Assembly: GCA_963714085.1 (NCBI GenBank) | Contig: OY970229.1 | Span: 632,392-696,391 of the forward strand | DNA: 64,000 bases | DNA from: an uncultured Candidatus Micrarchaeota archaeon | Lineage (GTDB): Archaea; Micrarchaeota; Micrarchaeia; Anstonellales; Bilamarchaeaceae | Direction: 5' to 3' | Shown here: positions 8,933 through 19,675 of the stretch, one piece after another | Layout of the letters: the number at the start of each line of letters is the position of its first letter | How positions within the stretch are numbered: the stretch's first letter is position 1 | The notes under the pieces: generated by a model | What the model saw: the letters and a program-made list of their open reading frames with translations, nothing else | Told to the model about the DNA's origin: nothing | The model's database searches: none | Program-made: the position numbers and the translations under genes

Positions 8933-9511
8933 TCACTTCCTCGCGAAAACCAGATACGCAGAATGCATGAGCCCGAAGTGCTGCGGCCTGACGCCGAAAT
9001 CACGCACCTCGTACTCGCGGACTATGCCTTCCAGCATGAATGTCCCGGAGAAATGCTTCTTAGCCTCGAGCACGAGCGCCTTGGCCTGCTCTATGTTCAG
9101 GCAATGCGCCGCGAGGAAGCCGCCCTTCCTGAGGAGCTCGTGGCTGCGTTTGGCGACCTTCTCGCTGTCTGCGATGTCGCAGAACACCAGGTCGAACCCG
9201 CCATCTTCCTCTATGCCTTCCAGGACGTCCTTGCGCTTGAGGATTATGTTCGTTAGGCCGCTCTCTTTTATGTTGTGCTCGGCCAGGTCCGCGAACTCGG
9301 AGCGCTTCTCGTAGGTCGTGACCTCCTTCGCGATATTGGCCAGCTGGATGGTCATGAATCCCGAACCGGTGCCTAGCTCGAGCACGCGGGACTCGCGGCC
9401 GATACCGGTATATCCGATGACGAGGCCCGCGTCCTTGGGCAATGTCACTGCAGGGCCTCCGCGCTTGCATTTCCTGAGGAGTTCGGGGAAGTGGAAATCT
9501 GGCTTGTCCAT
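8933..9511 (-). CDS. SAM-dependent tRNA (adenine-N1) methyltransferase, TrmI/GCD14-like
   Basis: SAM motif VLELGTGSGFMTIQLA, DLVFCD, and C-terminal RPQHFGLMHSAYLVFARK resembling the TrmI C-terminus. Confidence 0.7.
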   Translation of the reverse strand: MDKPDFHFPELLRKCKRGGPAVTLPKDAGLVIGYTGIGRESRVLELGTGSGFMTIQLANIAKEVTTYEKRSEFADLAEHNIKESGLTNIILKRKDVLEGIEEDGGFDLVFCDIADSEKVAKRSHELLRKGGFLAAHCLNIEQAKALVLEAKKHFSGTFMLEGIVREYEVRDFGVRPQHFGLMHSAYLVFARK

Positions 9512-9528
9512 GTGTTCAACTCGTGTTC

Positions 9529-9966
9529 CTATCTCTTCATCTTCTCCCGGTATTCCTTCAGCCTCCTCTCTAACGCGCCGTCTTTGAGCGCGAGGATGGA
9601 GACCGCGAGCAGGGCCGCGTTCTTGGCGTTGTCTATCCCGACCGTAGCCACCGGGATTCCTGAGGGCATCTGGATCATGGAAAGGAGCGCATCAAGGCCG
9701 TCGAGCTTGACATCCACAGGCACGCCTATGACCGGTTTCAGGGTCTTCGAGGCGATTACGCCCGGGAGCGCGGCGCTCAGTCCGGCTATGGCGATGACCA
9801 CGTCTGCAGACGTGGTCGAGACCAGTTTGTCGACCTTCTCCGGGGTGCGGTGCGCGCTTGCGACCTCGGTCCGGAATTCGACGCTGAATTCCTTCAGGAC
9901 TTCCTCTGCCCTCTCGGCGATCTTCCTGTCGCTCTCACTTCCCGCGATTATCAGAACGCGTTCCAT
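9529..9966 (-). CDS. purE: N5-carboxyaminoimidazole ribonucleotide mutase
   Basis: [13 protein letters not shown]...SAHRTP...[16 protein letters not shown]...PVIGVP...[22 protein letters not shown]. Start set at the internal ATG (comp. 9964-9966). Confidence 0.9.
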   Translation of the reverse strand: MERVLIIAGSESDRKIAERAEEVLKEFSVEFRTEVASAHRTPEKVDKLVSTTSADVVIAIAGLSAALPGVIASKTLKPVIGVPVDVKLDGLDALLSMIQMPSGIPVATVGIDNAKNAALLAVSILALKDGALERRLKEYREKMKR

Positions 9967-9987
9967 AAAGGTGATTGGTTTGCAGGA

Positions 9988-9997
9988 TTTTATAAAA
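9988..9997 (+). promoter_or_regulatory. TATA box in the purE/pop5 divergent gap
   Basis: ttttataaaa about 26 nt upstream of ATG 10019. Confidence 0.5.
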
Positions 9998-10018
9998 CAT
10001 TCACTACCAATCCACTCC

Positions 10019-10333
10019 ATGGTCAAGGCGGCGGCGATGAGGAAAAGGTACATCCTGTTCGAATTGCAGGGCGAGCCTGCGGAAGAGGAAACGCTCAAGC
10101 GCGCGCTATATGCCGAGGCGCTGAGGTTCTTCGGAGAGTTGGGCATGTCCCGGGCAGCGTTCAAGCTCGTCGGATTCGACCCGAAGACGAATCAGGGTAT
10201 TATCCGGTGCGAGCGCTCCCACCTTGAGGAGGTGCTCGGCTTCCTCGCGCTCCTGGGCTCACTTGATGGGAAGCCCGCCCGGGTGCGCTCGCTAAAATCC
10301 AGCGGGACGATAGCTGCGCTGAAGCGGGCTTAG
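10019..10333 (+). CDS. RNase P protein component 2 (Pop5/Rpp14 homolog)
   Basis: 104 aa. RKRYILFEL...[14 protein letters not shown]...[17 protein letters not shown] pattern of archaeal Pop5. ATG 10037 is an alternative start. Confidence 0.7.
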   Translation: MVKAAAMRKRYILFELQGEPAEEETLKRALYAEALRFFGELGMSRAAFKLVGFDPKTNQGIIRCERSHLEEVLGFLALLGSLDGKPARVRSLKSSGTIAALKRA

Positions 10334-10827
10334 GACGACTTGACGCCTTCGAGTATCTGCTTGTTCAGCCTTATTATGTTGGTCTTGCCGCTGGATTCCT
10401 TGGAAATCGTGCCCCTTCTCTCAAGCCGCTCCAATATGCGGTGTGCCTTGACCTTCCCTATGCCTTCTATGCGCGAGAGCTCGGCCTGGGTCGCCCTTCC
10501 GCCTTCTGCGACGAGCTTGGATATCACTTTCTTCTCATCCGAAGGGAGCATGCCGAGCATTGCCTGCTCCTGGCCAGGGGTTTTCGGCAACTCGACTTTC
10601 CTCTCGAAATATAGGTAGGACACTCCAACGCCTGCGAGGAATCCGCCGATGATAATCAATGGCAGGAACATGATGACTTCCTGCAGATACGACTCGTGCT
10701 CGCATTGACCGCTGGCGCTGATGCATTGCTGCGGCATGTTGGACTGCACGAGCTGCGGCACGTAGTACACCGCCAGCACGATTGCGGCGAGCAGCACAAG
10801 CCCTAGGAGTATTTTCTTGTTTTCCAT
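10330..10827 (-). CDS. Membrane-anchored winged-helix (MarR/TrmB-like) transcriptional regulator
   Basis: Two TM segments and a Cys-containing loop (CISASGQCEHE). C-terminal wHTH LSEDEKKVISKLVAEGGRATQAELSRIEGIGKVKAHRILERLERRG. Divergent from the copper genes. Confidence 0.65.
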   Translation of the reverse strand: MENKKILLGLVLLAAIVLAVYYVPQLVQSNMPQQCISASGQCEHESYLQEVIMFLPLIIIGGFLAGVGVSYLYFERKVELPKTPGQEQAMLGMLPSDEKKVISKLVAEGGRATQAELSRIEGIGKVKAHRILERLERRGTISKESSGKTNIIRLNKQILEGVKSS

Positions 10828-10942
10828 AGTGGTAATTGCGCAAATGAGGTATATAAATATGACGTTTGGTTTCAGGAAATGAAACCATGGTTGCGCTCAA
10901 AAATAAGTATGGTTTCAGCCCTTGAACCTGCAGGTGGTTTGC

Positions 10943-11149
10943 ATGGAAAAGAAAATTACGCTAAAAACAAAGGGAATGCATTGCGCTTCCTGCGAGAAGC
11001 TGATAGAAGGGGTGGTGGGGGATTTGGCCGGAGTGAAGAGCGTCAAATCCAGCCGGGCATCGGAAAGCACTGAAATAGTATACGAAGATGCCGAAGTGGA
11101 TGCGAAAGCGATAAAGGCCGCGATTGCAGGGCTCGGGTATAGCTGCTGA
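10943..11149 (+). CDS. Heavy-metal-associated (HMA) copper chaperone, CopZ-like
   Basis: [23 protein letters not shown]: GMxCxxC metal-binding motif in a ~68-aa single domain. Confidence 0.8.
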   Translation: MEKKITLKTKGMHCASCEKLIEGVVGDLAGVKSVKSSRASESTEIVYEDAEVDAKAIKAAIAGLGYSC

Positions 11150-11161
11150 CTAGGTGGGGCT

Positions 11162-12667
11162 ATGGAAAGGAATATTACGCTCAAGACCGGGGATATGCAC
11201 TGCGCTTCCTGCGAGAAGCTGATAGAACGGGCTGCGAGAGACGTCAAAGGTGTCAGGTCCGTCAAATCCGATTACAGCACGGAAATGACCGAGATTGTAT
11301 ATGATGATGCCGAAACAGACTTGGCGACCATCAGAACGGCTATAGAGAAGGAAGGGCATACGACAGAGGTGCAGTCAGCTGTAGCGGAAAGCGGGACAAC
11401 AGTGACGGTGCAGGTTGAAGAGCCTGCATCCGAGCCCGGGTCAGCGGAAATGCCGTATAAAGTGCCGAACGGCGAGGGAACGAACCAGGGTTCAGGGCTG
11501 AACTTCGGCACTTTATCCCTGGTCTTGGGTTTCATCGCGATACTGGTGGGGCTGTACCTCTTGCTGGTAAGGTCCGTCAGCCTTGATTTCAGCAGCATAA
11601 ACGAGAACACAGGAATCGCCGTGCTTCTGGTGATTGGCTTCCTTACGGGATTCCACTGCATAGGCATGTGCGGCGGCTTCGTGCTTTCCTACTCCGGAAA
11701 GATAAAAAAGCAGGGCGACCTAATGCCCCATCTCCAGTACGGCGCCGGCAAGACCATATCATACACCATAATTGGCGCAGTGTTCGGGCTTCTTGGCTCA
11801 ATCATAGCATTCACCACCGAGCTGCGCGGTTCGATAGCGGTGATCGCAGGGCTTTTCCTTGTGCTCTACGGGATAAACATGCTCAACCTCCTGCCGTCCC
11901 TGAGAAAGCTCCAGCCACGGCTCCCGTCCTTCATGCCGAACTGGGAGTGGGGAGGTAAAGGTCCGCTGGTGACCGGCCTGCTCAACGGGCTGATGTTGGC
12001 ATGCGGGCCTCTCATGGCACTCTACATATTCGCGGCAGGCACCGGAAGCCCGGTCGCAGGAGCCAAGGCCCTCTTCTTCTTCGGACTGGGGACGCTTGTG
12101 CCGATGCTCACTTTCGGAGTTGTTGCACGTTACCTCAGCGCCGCGTTCACGAGGAACGTAGTGAGGCTCTCCGGAGTGATGGTGATCGTGCTCGGCCTGC
12201 TCATGGCTAACAATGGCCTCGCCCTTCTCGGCACGGGGATTCCGCTCTCAGTGGGTTCTGTGACGAGCCTGGCTGCGGGCGGCCCGGCGCCGGCAGGCAA
12301 CACAACGGATATTAAACTTGACCCGGAGGGTTTCCAGGTGATAGAGATGAACGTCACGGGCAGCGGGTGGGCGCCGAACAGCTTCGTGCTGAAAAAGGGC
12401 GTTCCTGTGAAGTGGGAGATAGACGCGCTCGAACTGAACGGATGCAACAGCGAAGTAGTAGTGCACGACTACGGGTTGGACATAAGGCTCAAGCCGGGCA
12501 TGCAGACCGTGCAGTTCACCCCCCAGAATACCGGGACGATCCAGTTCAGTTGCGGGATGGGCATGATACGCGGACAGTTCCTAGTCTACGATTCCTCGTC
12601 CGCCGGAAGCGTGGCCCCGGCAGCGCCCGTGGTGCAGAAAAACGGGGGCTGCGGTTGCGGCGGGTGA
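11162..12667 (+). CDS. Fusion protein: HMA domain, then a DsbD_2/TauE-like polytopic membrane domain, then a C-terminal cupredoxin-like domain
   Basis: N-terminal [13 protein letters not shown]. Membrane core with [11 protein letters not shown]-terminal ~110 aa beta-rich segment ([24 protein letters not shown]...[12 protein letters not shown]) resembling cupredoxin_1. Confidence 0.7.
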   Translation: MERNITLKTGDMHCASCEKLIERAARDVKGVRSVKSDYSTEMTEIVYDDAETDLATIRTAIEKEGHTTEVQSAVAESGTTVTVQVEEPASEPGSAEMPYKVPNGEGTNQGSGLNFGTLSLVLGFIAILVGLYLLLVRSVSLDFSSINENTGIAVLLVIGFLTGFHCIGMCGGFVLSYSGKIKKQGDLMPHLQYGAGKTISYTIIGAVFGLLGSIIAFTTELRGSIAVIAGLFLVLYGINMLNLLPSLRKLQPRLPSFMPNWEWGGKGPLVTGLLNGLMLACGPLMALYIFAAGTGSPVAGAKALFFFGLGTLVPMLTFGVVARYLSAAFTRNVVRLSGVMVIVLGLLMANNGLALLGTGIPLSVGSVTSLAAGGPAPAGNTTDIKLDPEGFQVIEMNVTGSGWAPNSFVLKKGVPVKWEIDALELNGCNSEVVVHDYGLDIRLKPGMQTVQFTPQNTGTIQFSCGMGMIRGQFLVYDSSSAGSVAPAAPVVQKNGGCGCGG

Positions 12668-12671
12668 GTGC

Positions 12672-14945
12672 ATGACGAAGACCACCATAGGCATCACCGG
12701 GATGGACTGCGCGAGCTGCGCCATGAACATCGAGCGCAAGGTGAAGAAGCTCAATGGGGTCGCGAGCGTCAATGTCAACATAGCCACGAATAAGGCGACA
12801 ATCGAGTACGATGAGAAGGAGTTGGGACTCAGGGACATAAAGGACGCGATAGAAAGCATAGGCTACGGTGCGGACATCCCGGAAGACGCAGAGAAGAAGA
12901 TAAATATGAACGCGGGTGAGGAGCAATCCGAGTTCGAAAAAGGGATTGACAGGGAGAAACTCGCCAGGGAGAGGGAGATGTCGAATCTTAAGTATAGGCT
13001 CACATGGTCCGCCATCCTGACGGTGCCCGTGCTTGTCCTCGGATTGCCTGGGATGCTAAAGGGCGCGGTAGCGCTCCAGTACCCGGAATTCTTCATGAGG
13101 AACATGACGATACTCCAGTTCCTCCTCACGAGCCCCGTGCTGTATCTGAACCGCGACTTCTTCGTGAGAGGGTTCAGGGGGCTGGTCAGCAGGATGCCGG
13201 GCATGGACACGCTCGTTGCGCTCGGCGTGGGAACCGCTTACGTCTACAGCGTGCTGGTCGGCTTCGATCTCATCAGCGGCAGTGTCTATTACGAGAGCGC
13301 GGCGCTGCTGCTCACTTTCATAGTCCTCGGGAAATATCTCGAGTCGGTCGCCAAGGGCAGGACATCAGAGGCCATAAAGCGGCTGATAGGGCTGCAGCCC
13401 AAGACCGCGCTAGTCGTGCGCAATGGAAAGGAGATTGAAATCCCGATAAAGGAGGTCGTTGTCGGAGACATGGTGATAATAAAGCCCGGAGACAAGATTC
13501 CAGTGGACGGGACCGTCATCGAAGGGGAAAGCAGCGTCGACGAGAGCATGATAACCGGGGAGAGCATCCCGGTCCATAAGAAGAAGGGGGCTCTTGTCAT
13601 CGGAGCGACTATAAACAAGACTGGCTCGTTCACGTTCAAGGCGACCAAAATCGGCAGTGCCACAATGCTCGCGCAGATAATCAAGCTCGTGGAGGACGCG
13701 CAGGGGAGCAAGGCCCCGATACAGATGCTTGCGGACATCGTCGCCGGCTATTTCGTGCAAGGGGTGATCCTGCTCGCCCTTATCGCGTTCGGATACTGGT
13801 ATGTTGTGGCTGGTAAGGCGTTCCTGTTCGCTATAACCGTGCTTGTTTCCACGCTTGTCATAGCGTGCCCGTGCGCCATGGGGCTTGCGACTCCGACCGC
13901 GGTGATGATGGGGACGGGAAAAGGCGCGGAGAACGGCGTGCTGTTCAAGGATGCGGAGAGCCTGGAACTGCTGCACCAGGCCAAGATAATAGTATTCGAC
14001 AAGACTGGTACGATAACGAAGGGCGAAGCGGTAGTCACGGACATAGTCCCGTATAAGATGGACAAGAACGAATTGCTGTCTCTTGCGGCATCGGCCGAGA
14101 AGGGCTCCGAGCACGCGCTGGCGGAAGCGGTCGTGCAGGTGGCGAAGCAGAACAAGGTGATTGTTCCCGCGGCGAGATCGTTCAAGGCCATACCAGGTTA
14201 TGGCGTGTCGGCCAGCGTAGGAAACGCCCGCGTATTGGTCGGGAACGCCGCCCTCATGAAGAAGGGAAATGTCGTGGTAAGCGCCTCCACGACGGAACGG
14301 ATGCATGGCCTCGAGCACGAAGGAAAGACCGTTGTGATGGTCGCTGCGGACGGAGAGATGGCCGGTCTCATGGCCATCGCAGATACGATAAAGGAGCACT
14401 CCAAAGAGGCTATTGGAAGGTTGCATGAGATGGGCTACGAGACCGCCATGATAACCGGGGACAACGAGAGGACCGCTATGGCGATTGCGAAGCAGGCGGG
14501 AATCGACAGGGTCCTTGCCCATGTGCTTCCCGAGGACAAGGCTAACGAGGTGAAGGTGCTGCAGGAGGGCGGCAGGCACAAGGTCGCTTTCGTCGGGGAC
14601 GGTATAAACGACGCCCCTGCACTCGCCCAGGCGGACATAGGCATCGCCATAGGCACGGGAACGGATGTGGCGATAGAGAGCGGCGGGATCGTGCTCGTGA
14701 AAAGCGATTTGCGGGACATCGTGGCCGCGATCCAGCTCAGCCGCTACACGATGGACAAGATAAAGCAAAACCTCTTCTGGGCCTTTGTCTATAATTCCAT
14801 CGGGATTCCCATTGCCATGGGCGTGCTCTACCCCATATCCGGTTTCCTCCTAAGCCCTGTCGTAGCAGGGGCGGCTATGGCGTTCTCGAGCGTGAGCGTG
14901 GTGAGCAACAGCCTGCTCATGAGACGCTGGAAGCCCAGGATATAA
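12672..14945 (+). CDS. copA: Copper-translocating P1B-type ATPase
   Basis: N-terminal HMA GMDCASC, TGES, CPC (IACPCAMGL), [15 protein letters not shown]. Confidence 0.95.
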   Translation: MTKTTIGITGMDCASCAMNIERKVKKLNGVASVNVNIATNKATIEYDEKELGLRDIKDAIESIGYGADIPEDAEKKINMNAGEEQSEFEKGIDREKLAREREMSNLKYRLTWSAILTVPVLVLGLPGMLKGAVALQYPEFFMRNMTILQFLLTSPVLYLNRDFFVRGFRGLVSRMPGMDTLVALGVGTAYVYSVLVGFDLISGSVYYESAALLLTFIVLGKYLESVAKGRTSEAIKRLIGLQPKTALVVRNGKEIEIPIKEVVVGDMVIIKPGDKIPVDGTVIEGESSVDESMITGESIPVHKKKGALVIGATINKTGSFTFKATKIGSATMLAQIIKLVEDAQGSKAPIQMLADIVAGYFVQGVILLALIAFGYWYVVAGKAFLFAITVLVSTLVIACPCAMGLATPTAVMMGTGKGAENGVLFKDAESLELLHQAKIIVFDKTGTITKGEAVVTDIVPYKMDKNELLSLAASAEKGSEHALAEAVVQVAKQNKVIVPAARSFKAIPGYGVSASVGNARVLVGNAALMKKGNVVVSASTTERMHGLEHEGKTVVMVAADGEMAGLMAIADTIKEHSKEAIGRLHEMGYETAMITGDNERTAMAIAKQAGIDRVLAHVLPEDKANEVKVLQEGGRHKVAFVGDGINDAPALAQADIGIAIGTGTDVAIESGGIVLVKSDLRDIVAAIQLSRYTMDKIKQNLFWAFVYNSIGIPIAMGVLYPISGFLLSPVVAGAAMAFSSVSVVSNSLLMRRWKPRI

Positions 14946-15028
14946 GCCGGTTTAGGGAACCGTGATAGCATAAAGAATACAACGGTGCATAAGTTAGGAT
15001 GGTAATGAGCTAAAGCGAGGAGATTTCA

Positions 15029-15697
15029 TTGACGCTTGATTTCAAGGCATGGCTCGCGGAACTGACGCCCAGGCACTTCTACAGGTTCTGCATACTCGTC
15101 ATGCTGCCGTTCCTGGTGGGCTTATGGGTGCTTCCGCATACAACATACATGGACGGCCAGCTTCTCAGCACCCCGTCCGAGAACCAAAGCGGCTCGTCGC
15201 AGAGCATCACATACACGTTCACGCACAACACTGCGGATGTGTCGATGCTACAGCAGGTGAATGCGATATTCCCGCTAGCAGACTACCTGGATTTCCCGCC
15301 TTTTGTCGTACACAACAACCCGCTGATATGCTTCGAGGACCAGGGCAGCTACGTGGTCTTGCCGGACGGAAGCGACTTCACTCCGAATTTCGACTGGGAC
15401 GTTCAGTTCGGCAACAGCACCACGCTCGACATCCCGCCGAATTCCGTCAAATGCGCACGCACCACTCCGGGCCAGACCAACTCGTATGAATGGCACGCGA
15501 CCATGGACATAAACATGGCGGACCAGAACCTGACCAGCAACCTGACTTTCGTCCCGAAAACAACCACGTACCCCCGCTTCGTGATGGATTACGGCCTGCT
15601 CCAAGGCCTGGTGATGATACCGGTCTGCTACCTTTTCATATGGTATCCCGCAGCGGGCATATGGAAGAAGATGCACAAGGGCATGGGCGAGCAATGA
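15029..15697 (+). CDS. Hypothetical membrane-anchored extracytoplasmic protein
   Basis: 222 aa from a TTG start. N-terminal TM (FCILVMLPFLVGLWVL) and C-terminal TM (LVMIPVCYLFIWYPAAGI). Several sequons. Confidence 0.45.
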   Translation: MTLDFKAWLAELTPRHFYRFCILVMLPFLVGLWVLPHTTYMDGQLLSTPSENQSGSSQSITYTFTHNTADVSMLQQVNAIFPLADYLDFPPFVVHNNPLICFEDQGSYVVLPDGSDFTPNFDWDVQFGNSTTLDIPPNSVKCARTTPGQTNSYEWHATMDINMADQNLTSNLTFVPKTTTYPRFVMDYGLLQGLVMIPVCYLFIWYPAAGIWKKMHKGMGEQ

Positions 15698-15698
15698 C

Positions 15699-16007
15699 TC
15701 AGGTGGTGCTTTTTTCCACCCAGTCGAAATAGTTCTTCTCGCATCTCTTTATCGACAGGCCGATTATCTCCGGGACCTCGTGCGGATGGATCGCCCTGAT
15801 GTGCGCCTCGGCTTTTTTGTAGAGGGCGGCTTTAGTCTTGATTAGCAGCAGCCATTCCCCGACCTCTATTGTTTTCCCCTTCCACCTGTAGACGGATTTA
15901 CTTATAGGCAATATAGAGACGCATGCCGCGAGCTTCTCCTTTACGAGGGATTTCGCGATGCGCTCCGCGGCCTTCCTGTCCGGGCAGGTGTTCAGGATAA
16001 GCATCAT
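15699..16007 (-). CDS. cutA: Divalent-cation tolerance protein CutA
   Basis: 102 aa. KLAACVSILP...S.YRWKGKIE...E.LLLIKT...HPHEVPEII: CutA1 signature. Confidence 0.85.
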   Translation of the reverse strand: MMLILNTCPDRKAAERIAKSLVKEKLAACVSILPISKSVYRWKGKTIEVGEWLLLIKTKAALYKKAEAHIRAIHPHEVPEIIGLSIKRCEKNYFDWVEKSTT

Positions 16008-16016
16008 GCGGGAATG

Positions 16017-17204
16017 TCACCTCTTAAATGCTATTTCAAGCACGTCCCTGTGCTTGAGGACATAATCCGCGCCCAGGGCACGCTTGGTCCGCACGTCTAT
16101 GGCCTTGATGAAGTTCTCCGCGAACGTCGAGTGGATTGCTCCCGCGAAATCAATCGCGGTGGAGCCAGGCTTCATCAGCCAGACATCCGGCAAAACCCGG
16201 CCCTGATCGTCGGAGAGCTTGGCGACACCGCCGGCAAACACCGCGATGTACTTGAGATAGTCGAATACCGCGGAATTCAGGCACTTCTGCGCGCCGGTGC
16301 CCCCGAACTTGTCCATCAAGGCTTTCATTATCGCCATTGCCTTCTCCTGCTGGGGGTTCAGCTCCTTGAGCACCTTGAAGCTGGCGTCTCCGGGGATGTA
16401 TTCGATGAAACCGGTCTTCGCCGCGTTCTTTAGCGTGATCTCTGCCTCTGCGGAGCAGGGGACGATGAAATAGTTGGGGAATTCCTTTTTCAGCTTCAGG
16501 TAGTTATCATAGCCGGTCGAGAGGTCGCACTTGTTCGCCGCGATTATCGTGGGCTTTCCCAGCTCCCTTAGCGTCCGGGCCAGGCTTAGGATGTCTTCTT
16601 CGGTCCAGTCCGAGAGCTGTTTCTCCCGCAGGCCGAGCTTGTTCAGCACGCGGATGGCGACGTCCTTCGTGAAACCCAGTCCAGCCATCTGGTTCGCTAT
16701 CATCTCCTCGTTCTTCTTGTTCAGCTTCGCCTCGCGCTTGAGCTTGTCCCAGTTCCTCTTGAGTATGCCCTCTATCCAGTAGTTCAGCTCGTCCTCCAGG
16801 AAGCGGATGTCTTTGGCCGGGTCGTAGCTCCCCATGGGGACCTTCTCGCCCACCTCGTTCGTGGAGCCGGACACGTCCACGATGTGTATCAGCAGGTCCG
16901 CCTGGCGCAGGTCGTCGAGGAACTTGTTCCCCAGGCCCTTGCCTTCATGCGCTCCCGGAACCAGACCTGCCACGTCGAGCAGCTCCACCGGGACGAACCT
17001 GCGGCTGTTCTTGCAGAAGCCGGTGCGGGGGTTGCACTGGACGTTGAACTCCTTGTCCACGCACTCAATCTCCACGTAGGCGACCCCGTGGTTCGGCTTG
17101 ATTGTCGTGAACGGCCTTGGCGAGCGCTCGACCGGCACGGCTGTCAACGCCTCGAAGAAAGTGCTTTTGCCCGTGGATGGTTTTCCGACTATTCCAATTA
17201 GCAT
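16017..17204 (-). CDS. YchF/OLA1-like GTPase/ATPase with C-terminal TGS-like domain
   Basis: G1 GIVGKPSTGKST, DVAGLVPGAHEG, and an NKCD-type G4 (AANKCD). Confidence 0.85.
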   Translation of the reverse strand: MLIGIVGKPSTGKSTFFEALTAVPVERSPRPFTTIKPNHGVAYVEIECVDKEFNVQCNPRTGFCKNSRRFVPVELLDVAGLVPGAHEGKGLGNKFLDDLRQADLLIHIVDVSGSTNEVGEKVPMGSYDPAKDIRFLEDELNYWIEGILKRNWDKLKREAKLNKKNEEMIANQMAGLGFTKDVAIRVLNKLGLREKQLSDWTEEDILSLARTLRELGKPTIIAANKCDLSTGYDNYLKLKKEFPNYFIVPCSAEAEITLKNAAKTGFIEYIPGDASFKVLKELNPQQEKAMAIMKALMDKFGGTGAQKCLNSAVFDYLKYIAVFAGGVAKLSDDQGRVLPDVWLMKPGSTAIDFAGAIHSTFAENFIKAIDVRTKRALGADYVLKHRDVLEIAFKR

Positions 17205-17265
17205 AGGTCTATCTCTGTGCAGCTTTTTTCTTAATGGTTCCTACCAATGAAGCCGGTTCGATGCT

Positions 17266-17886
17266 TCACCACTTGCCCTTGAACCTGTCCTCGAGCGAGC
17301 TTAGCCCCAGCGAGGAGACGCTATTCCAGAGCCTGAGCCTCCAGATTCCCTCTTCCCAGGCGAGGATGGAGAGCCCGGCGTTGCCGAGCGCCAGCGTCCT
17401 CCATTTTTCCAGGGGCATGCCGAGGATGTGCATTGCCAGGAGCACGAGCGGGCCGTGATGCGAGATCACTAGGATTTTCTCATGCGCGTCCTTCGAGATA
17501 GTAGCCTCGAAATAATCCGCCACCCTCTTTTGCACCTCTTCCGGCGTCTCCCCTCCTGGCGCCCTCAGATACGGGTCGAGGTGGAACCTTTCGGGATCCG
17601 GCACGGAATCCCAGGGCTTGCCCTCCAGCGTCCCATAGTTCCTCTCCCGCAGCGCCGGGGAATATATCACCTCGCAACCTAGCCGCGCGCACTCAACGGT
17701 CTGCCTCGTCCGCAGCAGGTCGGAGCAATAGGCGATGCCTATCCCCTCCTTATCCAGTCGCTTCTGGAGCGCCTTTGCCTGCTCCTTGCCCAATTTGGTA
17801 AGCGGAGTGTCGCTCCAGCCTCCGAACGTATTCGTCTTATTTGCGTCAGATTCCCCATGCCTGAGCAGGAATATCTGTCTCGTCAT
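17266..17886 (-). CDS. Histidine phosphatase (phosphoglycerate mutase) family protein
   Basis: LLRHGESDAN catalytic RHG motif, and SHHGPL near the C-terminus. Confidence 0.85.
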   Translation of the reverse strand: MTRQIFLLRHGESDANKTNTFGGWSDTPLTKLGKEQAKALQKRLDKEGIGIAYCSDLLRTRQTVECARLGCEVIYSPALRERNYGTLEGKPWDSVPDPERFHLDPYLRAPGGETPEEVQKRVADYFEATISKDAHEKILVISHHGPLVLLAMHILGMPLEKWRTLALGNAGLSILAWEEGIWRLRLWNSVSSLGLSSLEDRFKGKW

Positions 17887-17887
17887 A

Positions 17888-18568
17888 TTACTTCACCTTC
17901 TTCGCTTCCAGCTCTCTCCGCGCATCCGAGCCGATCCATCTCGCAGCCCGATCCGAAGACGAAGCTAGCCTCCGGGCGATGGAGAGCGCTTCCTTGTGGA
18001 GTTTCGCATTGCGCTTCCCTATCTGCCGCAGCGCCCAGTTTACCGCCTTTTTCACGAAATTGCGCTGGTCAGTGGAATATTTTTCGATTAACGGCAAGTA
18101 TAAGAGGAATTCCGCGTCTTTCGCCTTCTTGTCATGGACCGCGCGCGCGGCCATCATCACGAAACCTGCGCGCCTCACGAACTCCCGCTCGTCCGCCACC
18201 CACTGTCGGATCTTTTTCTCGCAGTGCGGCGTCTTGTCGAACAGGTTGCCGCAGCACTGGTCGCAGATATCCCAGGAATAAAAATCGCCGGCCCACTTGT
18301 CCATCTGGTTCTCCGAGACCAGCTCCGGATCGTCTATCATGGACGCGAGTATTTTAGCCTCGTGGATGTCCTCCTTCCAGAGGCGCAGCGCGAGAGCGTG
18401 GTCCTTGCCTATCTCCTTTGCGAGCCTTCGGGTTTCGGGAACCGGAATCCCGAGCGCGGTGTCAGACACTATCCCGTACCTGGCCATCCCCTCCCTGAAG
18501 CCCGGTTTCGCGTTTTTCGAGAGGGCCTTGAGTTTCTTGATTACATCCTCGGGTTCCATAAAGATCAT
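17888..18568 (-). CDS. DNA alkylation repair enzyme (AlkD-like HEAT-repeat protein)
   Basis: LRLWKEDIHEAKILA...WDICDQCC...EREFVRRAGFVMM...FVKKAVNWALRQIGKRN. Start chosen at the ATGA overlap with the upstream Lrp stop. Confidence 0.75.
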   Translation of the reverse strand: MIFMEPEDVIKKLKALSKNAKPGFREGMARYGIVSDTALGIPVPETRRLAKEIGKDHALALRLWKEDIHEAKILASMIDDPELVSENQMDKWAGDFYSWDICDQCCGNLFDKTPHCEKKIRQWVADEREFVRRAGFVMMAARAVHDKKAKDAEFLLYLPLIEKYSTDQRNFVKKAVNWALRQIGKRNAKLHKEALSIARRLASSSDRAARWIGSDARRELEAKKVK

Positions 18569-19578
18569 TCCACTGGACTTCCTTGCGCCTCCTGGTTCAA
18601 AGGAGGATAGCATCCGGGCATGAAATCAACTTTGTACTCTCTTGATATCAGTATGGAGTCGTAGCTTCTTATGATGTCGCCGAAGTGCTCCCGGAGCTTC
18701 TTCATCTCGCTGTGAAAATACTCGAAATTAGGCACCTCCAGTTCGAGCTCCACGTCCCAGCTTCCGTAGGCGGTGACCATGTTAAGGATGTTCCTGTGCT
18801 GTCGGACATACGCCATAAAGGCGTCCAACCTTTTCCGGTTTATGTTCCTGAGGTATATGAACGATTTGCAGAACTCATAGCCATAACGGTTGAGATCCAA
18901 GCCTATGCGGTAGGATAGGATTACCCCTTGTTTTTCCATAGCTTTCATGCGATGGCGTACTACTGCGGGCGTGGTTTTAGCCAGTTTCGCGATGCGGGTG
19001 GTCGGGAGACGTGCGTTGTTGGCGATTATGCGCAGTATTTCCTTGTCCGTATCGTCCAACTCTGTCTTCTCCGCCCTTCCCCCGACATCCACGCTGACCG
19101 GCTTTTCGTCAACGGGATAGAACCAACGCCGGTTCTGCAGCATGTTGTGCTTAGTCGTGCTGACTTCCTTGGAAAGTATGTAATCGCTGAATTTCCCCAT
19201 GAAATCCATGAGGAACGAGTCATCCAGGTCGACCGGGTCCTCGGCCCAGGCGCCCACTACCATGTCCCACCTCCCGGAGCAGAAGCAGAGCCAGCCGTAG
19301 CGGGGCTGAGCATAGAGGTATTCTATTATCTCCTTCTCTAGTTTCGGGGTCGTGTTCTGGAGCTGGATGTATATCTTGAAGAAGTAATACCCGAATTTCG
19401 CGGTGTTGATTATGGTGTAGAACTTGGAGATGCGCCCGTTCTCCAGCAGGCGCTTGATCCGATAGTGGGCCGACTCCTTGCTTATGCCCGCTTTTTTCGA
19501 GAGCGTGCTCAGTGGAACCCTTGCGTTCCTGTCGAGCTGGTACAGTATCTTCCGGTCTATCAGGTCCAAATCCTTCAT
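18565..19578 (-). CDS. Transcriptional regulator with two tandem Lrp/AsnC modules
   Basis: Two HTH_AsnC-type segments (LDLIDRKILYQLDRNARVPLSTLSKKAGISKESAHYRIKRL and LDDTDKEILRIIANNARLPTTRIAKLAKTTPAVVRHRMKAM), each followed by an RAM-like domain. Confidence 0.8.
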   Translation of the reverse strand: MKDLDLIDRKILYQLDRNARVPLSTLSKKAGISKESAHYRIKRLLENGRISKFYTIINTAKFGYYFFKIYIQLQNTTPKLEKEIIEYLYAQPRYGWLCFCSGRWDMVVGAWAEDPVDLDDSFLMDFMGKFSDYILSKEVSTTKHNMLQNRRWFYPVDEKPVSVDVGGRAEKTELDDTDKEILRIIANNARLPTTRIAKLAKTTPAVVRHRMKAMEKQGVILSYRIGLDLNRYGYEFCKSFIYLRNINRKRLDAFMAYVRQHRNILNMVTAYGSWDVELELEVPNFEYFHSEMKKLREHFGDIIRSYDSILISREYKVDFMPGCYPPLNQEAQGSPVE

Positions 19579-19675
19579 AATGTTTAATATAATTAAGTAA
19601 ATTTATTAATATATATAATTTTGTTAAAATAATCAATAATAGTATTTAATAACATCTAAATCCCCTAAATAACAC
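19579..19675. promoter_or_regulatory. Extremely AT-rich 97-bp divergent promoter region (Lrp operon / radical SAM genes)
   Basis: Sequence taatgtttaatataattaagtaaatttattaatatatataattttgttaaaataatcaataatagtatttaataac is far more AT-rich than the ~60% GC background. It contains multiple TATA-like elements on both strands. Confidence 0.55.

Noticed and set aside
9529-10164. N-terminal extensions of track ORFs: purE to 10164, pop5 from 9491, HIT from 8339, the 24816-26270 membrane ORF, the Lon-like ORF to 32420, tnpB to 52769, rps10 from 52605, Mut7-C from 52994, argF to 51442, translin to 58524.
   Set aside because: The extensions overlap neighbouring genes or promoters and are not protein-like. 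Internal ATGs give family-typical N-termini and sensible TATA spacing.
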